From the human T2T-CHM13v2.0 reference genome, Homo sapiens, in NCBI GenBank assembly GCA_009914755.4, contig CP086569.2:7008001-7072000 (forward strand): 64,000 nucleotides of DNA, written 5' to 3'. Of the stretch, positions 44,201-59,112 are shown piece after piece (within the stretch, counting starts at the first letter, position 1; every line of letters begins with the position of its first letter). The translations under genes were made by a program, and so were the position numbers. Under the pieces are notes generated by a model. The model saw nothing but the letters and a program-made list of their open reading frames with translations, was not told the origin of the DNA and did not search any database.

Positions 44201-44991
44201 TTTCACACTGGCATTTCATCCACAAGAGAATAGAGAACTAACCTGGAAAAAGAGAGAGACCTCTCACCGGTCATTTGACCCCCATATTTACATAGATGCC
44301 ATCAGGGTCCCATGAGGGGTACTAAATGAATTTAAACCTCAAAATCAAATAGCCGCTGGGTTAAAATCTGTTTTGTTCTGGTGGCCAACTATGAATAAAA
44401 ATGTAGACTGGAAAAACTATACACTATAATCAACAGCAATTCATCAATTATACCAGAGATGCCATCAAGGGAATCGCTGAACAGTTAGGCCCCACACATG
44501 AAATGGCCTGGGAAAATCAGATAGCCCTTGAAATGATGTTGGCAGAAAACAGTGGGGTCTGTGTCATAATTGGAGTCCAATGTTGTACTTTTATCCCAAA
44601 TAATTTTACAGCCTCCAATGGAACAATCACAAAAGCCTTACAAGACCTTACCACCCTAGCAAATGAATTAGCCAAAAACTCTGGAATAGATGACCCCTTT
44701 AAGGGCCTCATGGAAAGGTGGTTTGGAAAATGGAAGGGATTCATGACCTCAATATTTACCTCCTTGGCAATTGTTACAGATGTACTTATCCTTGTGGGCT
44801 GCTGTATCATACCTTGTATTCACGGGTTAACCCAAAGACTCATAGAACCAGCTCTAACAAAAACTCCCCCTACTGCTTCCCCTTGCTACTCAGATATGCT
44901 CTTGTTCCTAGATGATCAAGAAGAGCAACAAAGCCAGATCTTGTTAAAGAAATTTGCAGAGAAAGAACTACAAAACAGAAAAGTGGGAAAT

Positions 44992-45366
44992 TGTTGGGAC
45001 AACTAAGTTCCTCTTCAAAGACTCAACTTCCTGGGAATAAGTTATACAAGTTGTAAATCAACCCTACTGTCTTCTCCCTTCTTCTCTTTTTCTCACAAAT
45101 TGCACATTTACCCTATTTAGAAAAAATTTAGGTCTAAGCCAACCGGGATCAACTTTGATTGTGAGGTCCAACCCCAGCCAATAGGGGAAGGACACAGAAG
45201 CAGGGACTGCATTAGGGTTAAAAGCCCCTTCCTTTGTTCGATTTGCTCTTGCAATTGCATCAGGCACAGGCAGCACTGTTCTGCAGAAATAAAGTTGCCT
45301 TGCTGAGAAATTTTCTGTCTAATTGCTGGGGTTTTTCTTTGTAGCACTGAGCACTTGTTTCTAACA
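44992..45366 (+). mobile_element. 3' LTR of the plus-strand HERV provirus.
   Basis: See the provirus entry. Confidence 0.8.
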
Positions 45367-45844
45367 CTTGTGTATACATAAGATAAAAATAGCTCTTGGG
45401 GAGATGTGCTCTGCTACATGGGTTTGTGATAAAGCATTAATTTTCCTAATTACTATATGTTGCAAGAGTTGATATTATTATATTTAAAGCAAAATTAGGA
45501 ATGCCCTTGTTCTCCAGACAACAGGATGCCTCGACACTCCCAAGTCTGAGTCTGTTTCAGTAAACATCATAAGTTTGTTTTCTTAATCATAAATATCTAG
45601 AGTCTAGGAATGCCTAATTTTCTGGGACTGCAGCAAGACTCAACCTCATTTTTATAGTCCCCACTCAAAATGGAGTTGCTCTTGTTCAAATGCCTCTGAC
45701 AGAAGGAGGCAGGAGATAAGAGGAGTATTGAAGGACAAAGAGATGGTGTCAGGCAACAGTCCCCAACCTTTTTGGCACCAGAAACTGTTTTTGTGGAAGA
45801 CAGTTTTTTTATGGACCAGGTTGGGGGAGAGGGTTTCGGGGTGA

Positions 45845-46204
<360 letters not shown>

Positions 46205-46553
46205 TGTATTTCTATTATTATGTCATACTACCTATGAAATAATTATGTAACACAGCATCATGTAGAATCAGTGGGAGCCCTGAGCTTGTTTTCCTGCAAC
46301 TAGACAGTCCTATCTGATGGTGATGGGAGACAGTAACAGATCACCAGGCATTAGATTCTTATAAGGAGAGTGCAACCTAGATCCCTTGCATGTGGAGTTC
46401 ACAATAGGGTTTGAGTTCCTATGGGAATCTAATTCTGCCACGGATCTGACAGGAGGCAGAGCTCAGGCAGTAATGGGGAGCTCAGGCAAGCAATGGGGAG
46501 ATGAAGCTTTGTTTGCTTACCCACAGTCACCTCCTATTATGCAGCCCAGTTTC

Positions 46554-46871
<318 letters not shown>

Positions 46872-47439
46872 CGCAGCCCAGTTTCTAACAGGCCAGGGAC
46901 TGGTACCCATGTGTGGCCTAGGGCTTGGGGATCCCTGATGTGGGGCAGGAGAGAAAGAGTCGTGTGTTTATTAGAGATGTGGTTCATGCACTAGAGAGAT
47001 GGAGGGGAGGAAGCAGTGAGTCCCACAGAGGAGAGGCTGTGGGTTGCAGGTGTAGTAGGGTTGACTCTGCCCTAACTTAGTGCACTCTGCAGTGGCTCCT
47101 TTTCTTTCTGTTCTCTTTCTGATCTTAGATGATGTCATTGTGGCTGAGCCTGTGCCTAAACTATATACTGCCAAAGTCTCTATTGCTGGAAGAAGATAAT
47201 AATTGTATCTCTACCTTTAAAAAAAAAATTTAGTGTAAGAGAGAGAGCATGCCATAATGAATTGAATGAATTTGAAAAACTAAGCGGTTATATTACATTT
47301 CTATTTTAGGAGTTAAATCCATCCATGCATGTAAGGTGTCCAATGGTTTGATAGGGAAAGGTGGAACAAATCGAAGTAGGGGCTTCGAGGTCATAGGTAG
47401 TTATATAATGCCTATATTATTTATTTTTAAAAATTGTTT

Positions 47440-47790
47440 CCTTCCTCCATTTTTCCTTCTTCCTTCATCTCTCATTCCCTTCCTCCTTTCACCATTCTTT
47501 CCTTTCTTCAATTGTTCTTTTCTATCTTTTCTTTCCTTTTGTTTCTCTCAGTTCCTTTCTCTTTTTTTATTATTTTTCTTTCTTCCTGGTTTTTCTTTCT
47601 TTTTCTTTCCCTTCCTGTTTCTTTTTTCCTCTCTCTCTTCATTCCTTCCTTCCTTTGTCTTTCTTTTTTGTTTCTTTTTTCTTTCTTTCTCCTTCTCTCC
47701 CTTCTTCCTTCCCTCTCTTCCTTTCCTCCCTCCTTGCAATCTCTCCTACTCTGTCCCCCATTCTCCCTTTCTCACTTTCTTTCTTTTTGC
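47440..47790. repeat. About 350-bp polypyrimidine (TTCC/TCTT-rich) tract, i.e. a polypurine·polypyrimidine mirror-repeat-rich region.
   Basis: Direct reading. It generates spurious S/F/L/P-rich ORFs. Confidence 0.9.
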
Positions 47791-48334
47791 ACAATTCTAC
47801 AATACAAAATAGTACAAAAGGCTGTTGTCTGTGTGAGAGTACATCTGCTGTTGTCTAGCCAAGAAACTCAACACTAACAGGGCCATCTGGGAATGAAAAG
47901 AAAGAAAACTGGGACAGCTCTTGTGTGCACTTTGGGGATGGAAGAGTGAAATGACTTCAGTAAAAATTGTTGAGTGTTTGATTGCAGGAAACAGAAGATG
48001 TCACATTGGAGAAAAGAGGGGATCTCTGGACATTCATGGGAACACCCGATTTTTATGGACATTATTTGAGGATTGAGGGGAACTTGTAGGAAGAAATAAT
48101 GGAGAAACTAAAGTCTCTAGACTTCCTCTTCCTGGTTTGGAAGGGCAGGTGCTACAACTAACAAGCATCACCTAATAGAGCAGATGGGACAGGGCTGAGA
48201 TGCAAAGAGGGCTTTGAAAAAAAAAGACAAGAGCCAAGCTTGGAAGAAAAAAGATAGAATTGATGGCAGCAATCAGTAATCAATAAGCTTCCCAGGAGGT
48301 CCTGCTTGCACATGACTCAGGCTTTGCTTGTTTA

Positions 48335-48610
48335 CTTTTATTTTTTGAGAGAAGGTATTGCTCTGTTGCCCAGGCTGGAATGCAGTGGTGTGATCTCGGC
48401 CTCACTGAGACCTCCTCCTTCCTGACTCAATCAGTTCTCCTGCCTCAACCTCCAGAGTAGGTGCTACTACAGATGTGCACTACTGTGTTTTAGTAGAGAC
48501 AGATTTTCACCATGTTGCCTAGGCTGGCCTCAAACTCCTGACCTCAAGTGATCCACCTGCCTCAGCCTCCAAAACTGCTGAGATTACAGGTGTGAGCCAC
48601 TGCACCCAGC
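48335..48610 (-). mobile_element. Alu.
   Basis: Alu consensus on the reverse strand. Confidence 0.9.
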
Positions 48611-49002
48611 ATCCTTTGCATTCTTATACTGAATCTTCCTCATTCCGTGTTCTTTCTCATTCTCCTGCTTTGCTCCTGGGGAGCACATCCTCCGAAAACT
48701 TACCTACACTGAAGCTTTTGTCTCATGCTTTTTTTGTGTGAGAACCCAAGCAAAAATGAAAAAGAGAATTCCCTTGCAAATTACTATACGGTAAGATACA
48801 CTACCATTGAAAATATTTTTTAACTAAGCTTAACAATGCGAAACTAATTCTAAAAGATCTTTTTAAAAATACTCCTAAACAGAAGTAAGTCAATTGTAGA
48901 GGAAAAATAAAATTCAAGGAAAGGGATTTGTATAACGAATGTTACAGTATAGTGAAACATCAGAGTAGCCAGAGAATTTACGCTCCTGGTGGTGAATGTG
49001 GC

Positions 49003-49384
49003 TGATATGGTTTGGCTGTCCCCACCCAGATCTCATCTTGAATTTTGGTTCCTATAATTCCCATGTGTCGTAAGAGGGACGCAGTGGGAGGTAATTGAAT
49101 CATGGGGGCAGTTTCCCCCATGCTGTTCTTGTGATAGTGAGTGAGTGAGTTATTACGAGATCTTATGGTTTTATAAGGGGCTTTCTCCCCTTTTGCTCAG
49201 CACCTCTCTCTCCTAACACCATGTTAAGAATGACGTGTTTGCTTCCCCTTCCTCCATGATTGTAAGTTTCCTGAGGCCTCCCCAACCCTGTGGAACTGTG
49301 AGTCAATTAAACCTTTTTCCTTTATAAATTACCCAGTCTTGGGTATGTTTTTATTAGCAGCTTGAAAACAGACTAGTATATACT
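49003..49384 (+). mobile_element. THE1/MST-type MaLR LTR (solo-LTR-like).
   Basis: tgatatggtttggctgtccccacccagatctcatcttgaattttggttcctataattcccatgtgtcgtaagagggacgcagtgggaggtaattgaatcatggggg ... tataaattacccagtcttgggtatgtttttattagcagcttgaaaacagactagtata. Confidence 0.8.
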
Positions 49385-51094
49385 AAACATAAAAATAGAA
49401 CAGAATGGAATGCCCCAAGTTACTGCCTTCTCTATATGAGAAAAAGGGCATTACACATTAATAGTGAATAGCATTGTGGAAACTAATTCATTATATGAAG
49501 GAAAAGAAAGCTGAGTCTTTGTCTAATCATTCCTTAGAAGGATGATCTCTAGATGGATTCAGGACTAAAGTATTAAAGATCAAGTCATAAAATTTGTAAA
49601 AGAAAATGAAGAGGAATGCCTCTCCAGCCTTAGAAGTGGGCAAAGATTTTAAAGCAAGTTTCTAACAGCACAAATTCTTAGGTATAACATCGAGTAATTT
49701 GAAGATGTCAAAATTAAAATGTTCTATCCTGGGAAGGGTATCACGGACAAAGTTTAACAGTTGAGAGGATGACAGCAGTTCTTTGTGAAATCCAAATTTA
49801 AAAAAAAACTGAAATTATCTAGACTATAGATGGGGCTTCTTCAAAGTAATGGGAAAAAAGATGGGAAACCCTATAGAAACAAACAAAAAAAGGCAATAGG
49901 TCTGAATAGTCAATGCAAAGAAGAGTAAGCCCTATCAACAGCTAAGATCAGAGAATTGCAAATTAAAGGAACAAATGAGAGACATTTTTATACCTATAAA
50001 TATTGCAAACTCTGTAAAACTGGAATATACCTAGTGTTCTCAAGAGTATGAGAGGATGGGAATTTTTCTGCTCACCTGATAAGGATGAATATTGGGATGG
50101 CTATCTGAAGAGCATTCTTGCCAGGCCTTAGCTTTCTGTGAAATAAGTGGACATCTCATGACCCAGCAATATAACTTCTTGGCATAAATCCTAGAGAAAT
50201 TATAAGGTGCACCTTATAATTTCATGCATCTAGAGATGGATGAAGGGACACCTTCCAGATATTCCATGTGGCATAGAATATGAAGGTCATCTCAGGCACT
50301 CATCACTCTACAAGCTCATAAAATGTGGTAGATGCTTACCATGCACCAATAAGCAGCACAATTGTTGCATATTCAGCAACATCATTGAGTCTTTTTTTGT
50401 TTAAATTTAATATATGTATATGTTTGCATGAGTATTATAATTTAAAATATTTGTACATATTTGTGGTTACAAGAAGGTTTAAAAGCTGCTGGTTCAGAAG
50501 TCTTCCTCTTTCACCTTCCTTTTTTCACCTAATTAACACTCTTTCCCATCTTTTAAATGTCAGCTCAAATGTTACTTGCTAATGAAAGCCTTCTTCATCA
50601 TACTCAGGTAGATTTTGTTCTATTGTCAATTGCTTTCTGGATTTATTTTCCTTTACTTTCAAACCTTCACCTCAGGTTGTAATTGGAATTTCATAGTGAT
50701 ATTGTTTGATTGCTGTTTGTTTCCCACAGCTGCCTGTGGGCTCCATGAAAATAGACTCTTTATAGCTATGTTCATCCTTGTATCCCCAGTGCCTAACACA
50801 ATGCTTGAAGCATAATAGACACTTAATAAATATGTGTTAAATGAATTTGTCTTCTCATTGAATCTTCTCATATGATCTCGTTTTAGTGATATCAGCAATA
50901 TTAAAACACTCCATGGGATATGATGAGCAGACAGAGGGCATCTTATTTCACTAGATGTGCAAGCTCTTCTATGAATTAACTCTTTAAACCACAAAAGCAC
51001 ATTCCTAGTTTTCAGAAAACTGGGACAATGATTGAATACAGATGGAATAAAAGGACTTCCCCTATTGAGACTCATAGCAGGTAAAAGTGAAATC

Positions 51095-51100
51095 TGACAT

Positions 51101-51139
<39 letters not shown>

Positions 51140-51360
51140 TTTTGAGACAGAGTATTTCTCTGTCCTACAGGCTGCCATGCAGTGGTGCAATCTCGGCTCA
51201 CTGCAACCACAGCCTCCCAGGTTCAAGCGATTCTCATGCCTCAGCCTCCTGAGTAGCTGGGATTACAGTCATGTGCCACCAGGCCTGGCTAATTATTTTG
51301 TTCTTTTAGTAGAGATGGGATTTCACTATGTTGGCCAGGTTGGCCTCTAACTCCTAAGTG
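51095..51360 (-). mobile_element. Alu, truncated at its own 5' end, with an (ATTT)n tail, directly abutting the L1 5' end.
   Basis: tttatttatttattt...ttgagacagagtatttctctgtcctacaggctgccatgcagtggtgcaatctcggctcactgcaacc... Confidence 0.85.
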
Positions 51361-54005
51361 TGAACAAATTCATGGGGAAGTTTGAACTGGGCAGACCCCA
51401 CCGCAGCTCAGCAAAGCCACTGTGACCAGACTGCCTTTCTAGATTCCCTCCTCTTCGGGCAGGGCATCTTAAAAAAAAAAAAAAAAAAAAAGGAAAGCAA
51501 CAGTCCCAGTCAGAGACTTATAGATAAAACCCCCACCTCCCTGGGACAGAGCACCTGGGGGAAGGGGTGGTTGTGGACTAAGCTTCAATAGACTTAACTG
51601 TCCCTGCCTGTCAGCTCTGAAGAGAGCAGTGGATCTCTCAGCACAGTATTTGAGCTCTGATAAGGGACAGATTGCCTCCTCAAGTGGGTCCCAGACTCCG
51701 AGTATCCTGACTGGGAGACACCTCACAGTAGGGGCCAACAGACATCTCATACGGGAGAGCTGTGGCTGGCATCTGGTGGGTGCCCCTCTGGGATAAGGCT
51801 TCCAGAGGAAGGAATAGGCAGCAATCCTTGCTGTTCTGTAGCCTCCCCTGGTGATACCCAGGCAAACAAGGCCTGGAGTGCACCTCCAGCAGACTCTGCA
51901 AACCTGCAGCAGAGGAGCCTGACTGTTAGAAGGAAAACTGACAAACGGAAAGGAATAGTAGCAACATCAACAAAAAGGACATCCACTCAGAGACCATATC
52001 CAAAGGTCACTGGCATCAGAGACCAAAGGTAGATAAATCCTCAAAAGTGGGGAGAAACCAGCACAAAAAGGCTGAAAACTCCAAAAACCAGAATGCCTCT
52101 TCTCCTCCAAAGGATCATAGCTCTTCATCAGCAAGGGAACAAAACTGGACAGAGAATGATTTTGATGAATTGACAGAAGTAGACTTCAGAAAGTGGAAAA
52201 TAACAAACTACTCTGAGCTAAAGGAGCATGTTCTAACTCAATGGAAGGAAGCTAAGAACCTTGAAAAAAAGTTAGACAAATTGCTAACTAGAATAACCAA
52301 GTTACAGAAGAACATAAATGACCTGATGGAGCTGAAAAACATAGCATGAGAACTTTGTGAAGCATAAACAAGTGTCAATAGCCAAATCAATCAAGCAGAA
52401 GAAAGGATATCAAGGATTGAAGATCAACTCAATGAAATAAAGTGAAAAGGCAAGATTACAGTGAAAAGAAATGAACAAAGCTTTCAAGAAATATGGGACT
52501 ATGTGAAAAGACCAAACGTACATTTGATAGGTGTACCTGAAAGTGACGGGAAGAATAGAACAAACTTGGAAAACACTCTTCAGAATATTTCAAGCAGAAC
52601 TTCCCCAACCTAGCAAGACAGGCCAACCTTCAAATTCAGAAAATACAGAGAACATAACAAAGATACTCCTTGAGAAGAGCAACCCAAAGACACATAATTA
52701 TCAGATTTACCAAGGTTGGAATGAGGGAAAGAATGTTAAGGGCAGCCAGAGAGAAAGGTCAGGTTACCCACAAGGGGAAGCCCATCAGTCTAACAGCAGA
52801 TCTGTCTGCAGAAACCCTAGAAACCAGAAGACAGTGGGGGCCAATATTCAACATTCTTAAAGAAAAGAAGTTTCAATGCGGAATTTCATATCCAGCCAAA
52901 CTAAGCATCCTAAATGAAGGGAAAATAAAATCCTTTACCGACAAGAAAATGCTGAGAGATTTTGTCACCATCAGAGCTGCTTTACAAGAGCACTTGATGG
53001 AAGCAATAAACATGGAAAGGAACAACCGGTACCAGCCACTGCAAAAACATACTAAATTGTAAAGCCCATTGATGTTGTGAAGAAACTGCATCAACTAATA
53101 GACAAAATAACCAGCTAGCATCATAATGGCAGGATCAAATTCACCAATAACAATATTAACCTTAAATGTAAATGGGCTAAATGCCCCAATTAAGAGACAT
53201 AGACTGGAAAATTGGATAGAGTCAAGACCCATCAGTGTGCTTGCTGTATTCAGGAGACTCACCTCATGTACAAAGACACACATAGGCTCAAAATAAAGGG
53301 ATAGAGGAATATTTACCAAGCAAATGGACAGAAAAAAAAAAAACAAGGGTTGCAATCCTAGTCTAGTCTCTGATAAAACACACTTTAAAACAACAAACAT
53401 CAAAAGAGACAAAGAAAGGCATTACATATTGGTAAAGGGATCAATGCAACAAGAAGAGCTAACTATCCTAAATATATATGGACCCAATACAGGAGCACCC
53501 AGATTCATAAAGCAAGTTCTTAGAGACCTACAAAGAGACTTAGACTCCACACAATAATAATGGGAGACTTGAATACCCCACTGTGATTATTAGACAGATC
53601 GATGAGACAGAAAATTAACAAGGATATCCAGGACTTGAACTCAGCTCTGGACCAAGCAGACCTAATAGACATCGACAGAACTCCACCCCAAATCAACAGA
53701 ATATACATTATTCTCAGCATCACATTGCACTTATTCTAAAATTGACCGCATAATTGGAAGTAAAACACTCCTCAGCAAATGCAAAAGAGTGGAAATCGTA
53801 ACAGTTTCTCAGACCATAGTGCAATCAAATTAGAATTCAGAATTAAGAAACTCACTCAAAACCACACAACTACATGGAAACGGCACGAACTGCTCCTGAT
53901 TGACTACTAGGTAAATAACAAAATGAAGGCAGAAATAAAGATGTTCTTTGAAACCAGTGAGAAGAAAGAGGCAATGTACCAGAATTTTCATTATTGCAAA
54001 ATAAC
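51361..54005 (+). mobile_element. L1 (older L1PA/L1PB-like) 5' portion: 5' UTR, ORF1 (from 52047; disrupted) and ORF2 N-terminal endonuclease/RT start (from about 53125; disrupted). 3'-truncated near 54005.
   Basis: ORF1 peptide at 52047-52349: MGRNQHKKAENSKNQNASSPPKDHSSSSAREQNWTENDFDELTE... ORF2 start at about 53125: MAGSNSPITILTLNVNGLNAPIKRHRLENWIES... An ORF2 continuation at 53324-53557: ...KERHYILVKGSMQQEELTILNIYGPNTGAPRFIKQVLRDLQRDLDS. Confidence 0.85.
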
Positions 54006-54187
54006 TGCTAAAAACTGTAGTGAATATGCTTTATTGCTTCTTTATAGCTAAGCCTTTTCTTGCCTTCACAAGAAGATATAGCAGAAAGTTTCTGGGAAGA
54101 CCCCAGTTCATATTTCTACTATTTAGTGTGCCTGGTATTCACACTATTATAAGGTCTAAACTGGAGATCACTATTAAAAGAATTCTC

Positions 54188-54270
54188 AGCCGGGTGTGGT
54201 GGCTCAGTCTTGTAATCCCAGCACTTTGGGAGGCCGAGGCAGGCAGATCACTTGTTAGGAGTTTGAGACA
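54188..54270 (+). mobile_element. Partial Alu (left monomer).
   Basis: gccgggtgtggtggctcagtcttgtaatcccagcactttgggaggccgaggcaggcagatcacttg. Confidence 0.8.
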
Positions 54271-55696
54271 TCATTGAGTCTTGCAAACATTTTTATTGAG
54301 TTAGTGACGTGAAGAACCAGAATGCCATTTATAGCACAATACCATTTCTCTAAATGAAAAACATACACTCATAAGGCAACACTATCAATTTTACAAACAA
54401 CAGGCATAGTTAAGGGCCACGTGTCAAACAGATTTCATGAGGGGACTGTGAGTTTCCAGGAGTGGGGATCTGGGGGTGAATTGGGAAGAAACATATTAAC
54501 AAGGAAAGGGTCTTGCCATAGGTGATGGTGATTGTGAATAAGAAGCACAGTCAACTCAACTCTTGCTACTGATATCCAAATTGAAAGAACCACCAAAAAA
54601 GTATGAATAATTAGGATTTAGCCAGGTGAACACAAAGGGGTAGGGAAGAAAAGAAGGGTATATAATTGGTTTGAGATTAGAAACAACATCCTGGATATAC
54701 TTCAAGGTTTATTCACTTTGGTATTACCACCATTCACAGCTGGATAATCCTTTGTCCTGAGGGACTAGCCTGTGCCTTCTAGGGTTTTGAGCAGCATCCC
54801 TGGGCTCTACCCACCAGATGCTACTAGCACCCCAAATGTGAAAGCCAAAACTCTCTCCAGAAAGTGTTTCCTGTCCTCTGTGGGTGATGGAGAGGAAATC
54901 TCTCCTGTTGGGGATGCCCAATAGAGGAAAATCAAGATGACATAAAGAGAGGAGACTGAAGAGTAAAGTCTTGGGTGTCTTACAAAAAACTTGGGATTTT
55001 ATTTTGAACCATCTACAGAGTCCCAAGAGGGGATTTTATCAGATTGGCATTGGGAAGTGTTGCCTGAGTGCTTAGAGCTCTTCAATCACTTGAGGTCACG
55101 TTTCCCTTTTCTACCCAGATAAAAGATCTGAAGTCATTCCATTGCAACAGGGACTTTTTCATGACCTTCCCAATATTTCCAAGGCTATCTGGAAGCGGAT
55201 TTTGGCAGCAGTGGCACTTATATTCTCCAAGACACGTTCTCTCCAAATTCTGCCTCTTGGCGCAACCACTACGCCCTTCCTTCCTCCTTCATACTATCTG
55301 TGTTCAGAAGCCTGCCTTCGTCATTCCCCTTGTTTCTGTTTGTCCCTTCTTTGTTAAACCTGTAGACATTACATTCTTGTTAGTAATACAGTGAGAGCAC
55401 CATAGACATCACAACACGAACACCAGAATTTGCTGATTGTAAAACTCCCTTCACTATTCCTGTCAAGGGGAATCACTCCATGGTTCTTTTTCTTTAAGAC
55501 CTGGGGTGCTGTTGCCATCCTGATCTCTCTATTTGAGGTTCTTTCCCATTTACCTTCTCCTCTTTCAAGGACTGCTGCCAGGCAACAACCCCCAAATTCC
55601 TTGGCTCTATTAGGGATGGCAATTCTGCTCCCTTCTGATGCATTTCCTGACATAGACACTGGGATACACATGTTAGGTTTACCTTTCTTCCCTTCT

Positions 55697-56062
55697 GTAT
55701 TGGTCTGTTTTCATACTGCTATAAAGAACTGCCTAACACTGGGTAATTTATAAAGGAAAGAGGTTTAATTGACTCACAGTCCACATGGCTGAGGAGGACT
55801 CCAGAAACTTACAATCATGGAGGAAGGGGAAGCAGGCACCTTCTTCACAAGGTGGCAGGAAGGAGAAGTGCTGAGTGAAGGGGGAAGAGCCCCTTATAAA
55901 ACCATCAGATCTCATGAGAACTGACTCATTATCATAAGAACAGCATGGCAGAAATCATCCCCACAATCCAATTACCCACCTTGTCTCTCCTTGACATGTG
56001 GGAATTATGGGGATTACAATTCAAGATGAGATTTGGGTGGGGACACAAAGCCTAGCCATATC
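55697..56062 (-). mobile_element. THE1/MST-type MaLR LTR, reverse orientation.
   Basis: ...ggggattacaattcaagatgagatttgggtggggacacaaagcctagccatatca is the reverse complement of the THE1 5' end. The 3' end is tgtattggtctgttttcatactgctataaag. Confidence 0.8.
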
Positions 56063-57224
56063 ACCTTCCCTCTTCTGTCTCTGCTGGTCCTAATCTTACA
56101 AATTTAGGTGGCAGATGGGGAACGGAGAAAGCCAACAGAAGAGTGACATCATGGGACATACATGAAGATATGGTACAACCTTCAAAAACAGGAGAAAAGA
56201 GGAAATGCACAGGGGAGTGTGTATCAAGTGGAAAGAAGCTGAGCATTTTTTACATGTGTGTGGCTTGGGGGAGGCAGATATGCAGAGCTGAGGTCATTAC
56301 CCAGTAGTTGTGGGCAAAACAGGGCTTGCCAGCCTATATATGTGGTTTTTGAAGTGCTGAATTCTCCAAAATGTAATAAGAATTTGTGAATTATAAAACT
56401 GTTGTATTGGGTGATTTCCCTTAAAAAAATCCCACCATCTCTGGCTGACATCCTGGAGTAAGAACTGTCAGTTAAAATTGATTCAGTGTGATTCAGCATG
56501 CAGTTCTAAATATTAGCATTTACACCTACATCTCCTTAGCCCACACTGCCTCAGCCATTAACTCACTGGCTAGACATCTGAGTGTGAAAATCCTCAGCCA
56601 CTCCCATTCGCTATCCAGAGTTTATCAATGTGAACTTGCATATTAGCTCATTATTTTAGAATTTAAAATGTTGCCTTTCTATCATAATTACTTGTATCAT
56701 GTGCCTTAAGGTTTCAAAATTAATGCATCTTGTCATATCTTCAAATTCATTGGGCTGCTTTCATCTGTTGACTTAGGTCTTCCATCAATTCAAGAAACTT
56801 TTATTTCTTTTTGTGATTTCTTTTGGTTGAATATACTTGTCTTCTGGGATAACTTTTTTTTATATATTCTTGCTGAACAACAAACCTATTATTTCATTAC
56901 ATTAAACTGTTCTCTTGATTTTGAACTTCCTGAGTTTTCTTCCATTTCTCAGCCTTGATATTCTGCAGGATATAATCTGACATTTGCCACTTCCTAAGAA
57001 AATTTATCCACATCAGTGTAGGTTTTCTTGTCTATGCATTTCACCATAATTTAGTAAATTTTGCATGCTTTCACAATAAACCTTTTCAGAAATAGCAATT
57101 TGTCTTTATTCCCGGAGTCCTCTTCCCTCTTTCGGATGAGCGGTAGTTTTTCCTCTGTTGACAGGATTGGTTAAAAAGGAAGGTTAGTGGAGTGGAAGTA
57201 ACTCAGAAAACCATTGTTCTTTTT

Positions 57225-57525
<301 letters not shown>

Positions 57526-58341
57526 CCATTGTTCTTTTTCTAGTCTTCTGATTGTGTGAATGTTCACCCCATGGTCAATCCTTCATTGCAATTCCTTGGG
57601 CATTAGTGAGAATCCATTTTATTTCTCTTTTCTGCATTTCCCCCAACTCTGCCAGCTTTCTTGGTCCATTTGGGCTGCAATTATAAATTTCCATAGACTG
57701 GAAATATATAAACAATAGAAATTTATTTCTCACACTTCTGGAGGCTGGAAGTTCAAGATTAATGTGACAGAAAATTTGGTATGTGATCAAGGTTCTCTCC
57801 TTCAGAGATGGTGCCTTCTTGCTGTGTCCTTCCATGACGGAAGGGACAAAGGAGCTCTCTCTGGAGTCCCTTTTATAAGGGCACTAGTCTCATTCATATA
57901 GCTCCACCCTCAGGATCTCATGACCTCCCAAAAGCCCCATCTCCTAACACCATCTCCTTGGGAATTAAGATTTCAACATCTGAATCTTGGGGTAACACAA
58001 ACTTTCAGACCATAGCACTGGTTTACTGCTCTTTAGGATTAGAGGAAAGTGGTTTGCAGATTACTTCTCCATAACCCTTCATTTTCTTTCTGCCAAATTC
58101 TGAATGGGGTAAATTCTGTGAAGTTTGGGTAATATTGTGGCATTCTGCCTAATGACATGGGTTTTCTTGGAGATCTGTGGGTTTATATGCCCAGTCTCCT
58201 GCTACCATCCTACCTAGAAGTTTGTTCATATTTTTACATGAATGTTTATTTATATTACATATGGAAATTGTATTCTTATTTTTATTCAGTGCCCAAAATA
58301 CAGTAGAAAGCCCCAAACATTTGTCTCTTAATTTAACTTAG

Positions 58342-58746
<405 letters not shown>

Positions 58747-59084
58747 TTTCCAATATTTTTTATTAAATCTTTTACAGTTTTTATAAAACGTTCAACTCCA
58801 AAAGAAATAAATAACAGAATTTTAAAAATTCTATGGTGCAAATAAACAACATACTGATGAAACATTCTGCCTTCAAACATATATATCTCATGAGTTCATT
58901 TTTGTTTATTTCCACTCTGACCATTTTAGTTTAAGCTTGCATCCTCAGCTTCCTGGCTGTACTGGAAGAACTGCCTGTTCCTCTCATTATAAATTTCTCC
59001 AAACTATTCATCACTCATAATACATCAAAGCCTTTGAAATCATAAGTTACTCTCTATAATCTCTTCTTTTTGCATTTAGAATAA

Positions 59085-59112
59085 TAATAATAATAATAAT
59101 AAAATAACAATA
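59085..59112. repeat. (TAA)n microsatellite.
   Basis: aataataataataataataa. Confidence 0.9.

Noticed and set aside
44503-45006. Possibility of an intact HERV env (a syncytin-like captured gene).
   Set aside because: Only a 167-aa TM-subunit ORF is open. The upstream SU region has multiple stops and frame breaks. gag and pol are similarly disrupted, so there is no intact retroviral ORF.
47336-47877. 158- and 147-aa S/F/L/P-rich ORFs.
   Set aside because: Artefacts of the stop-codon-poor polypyrimidine tract.
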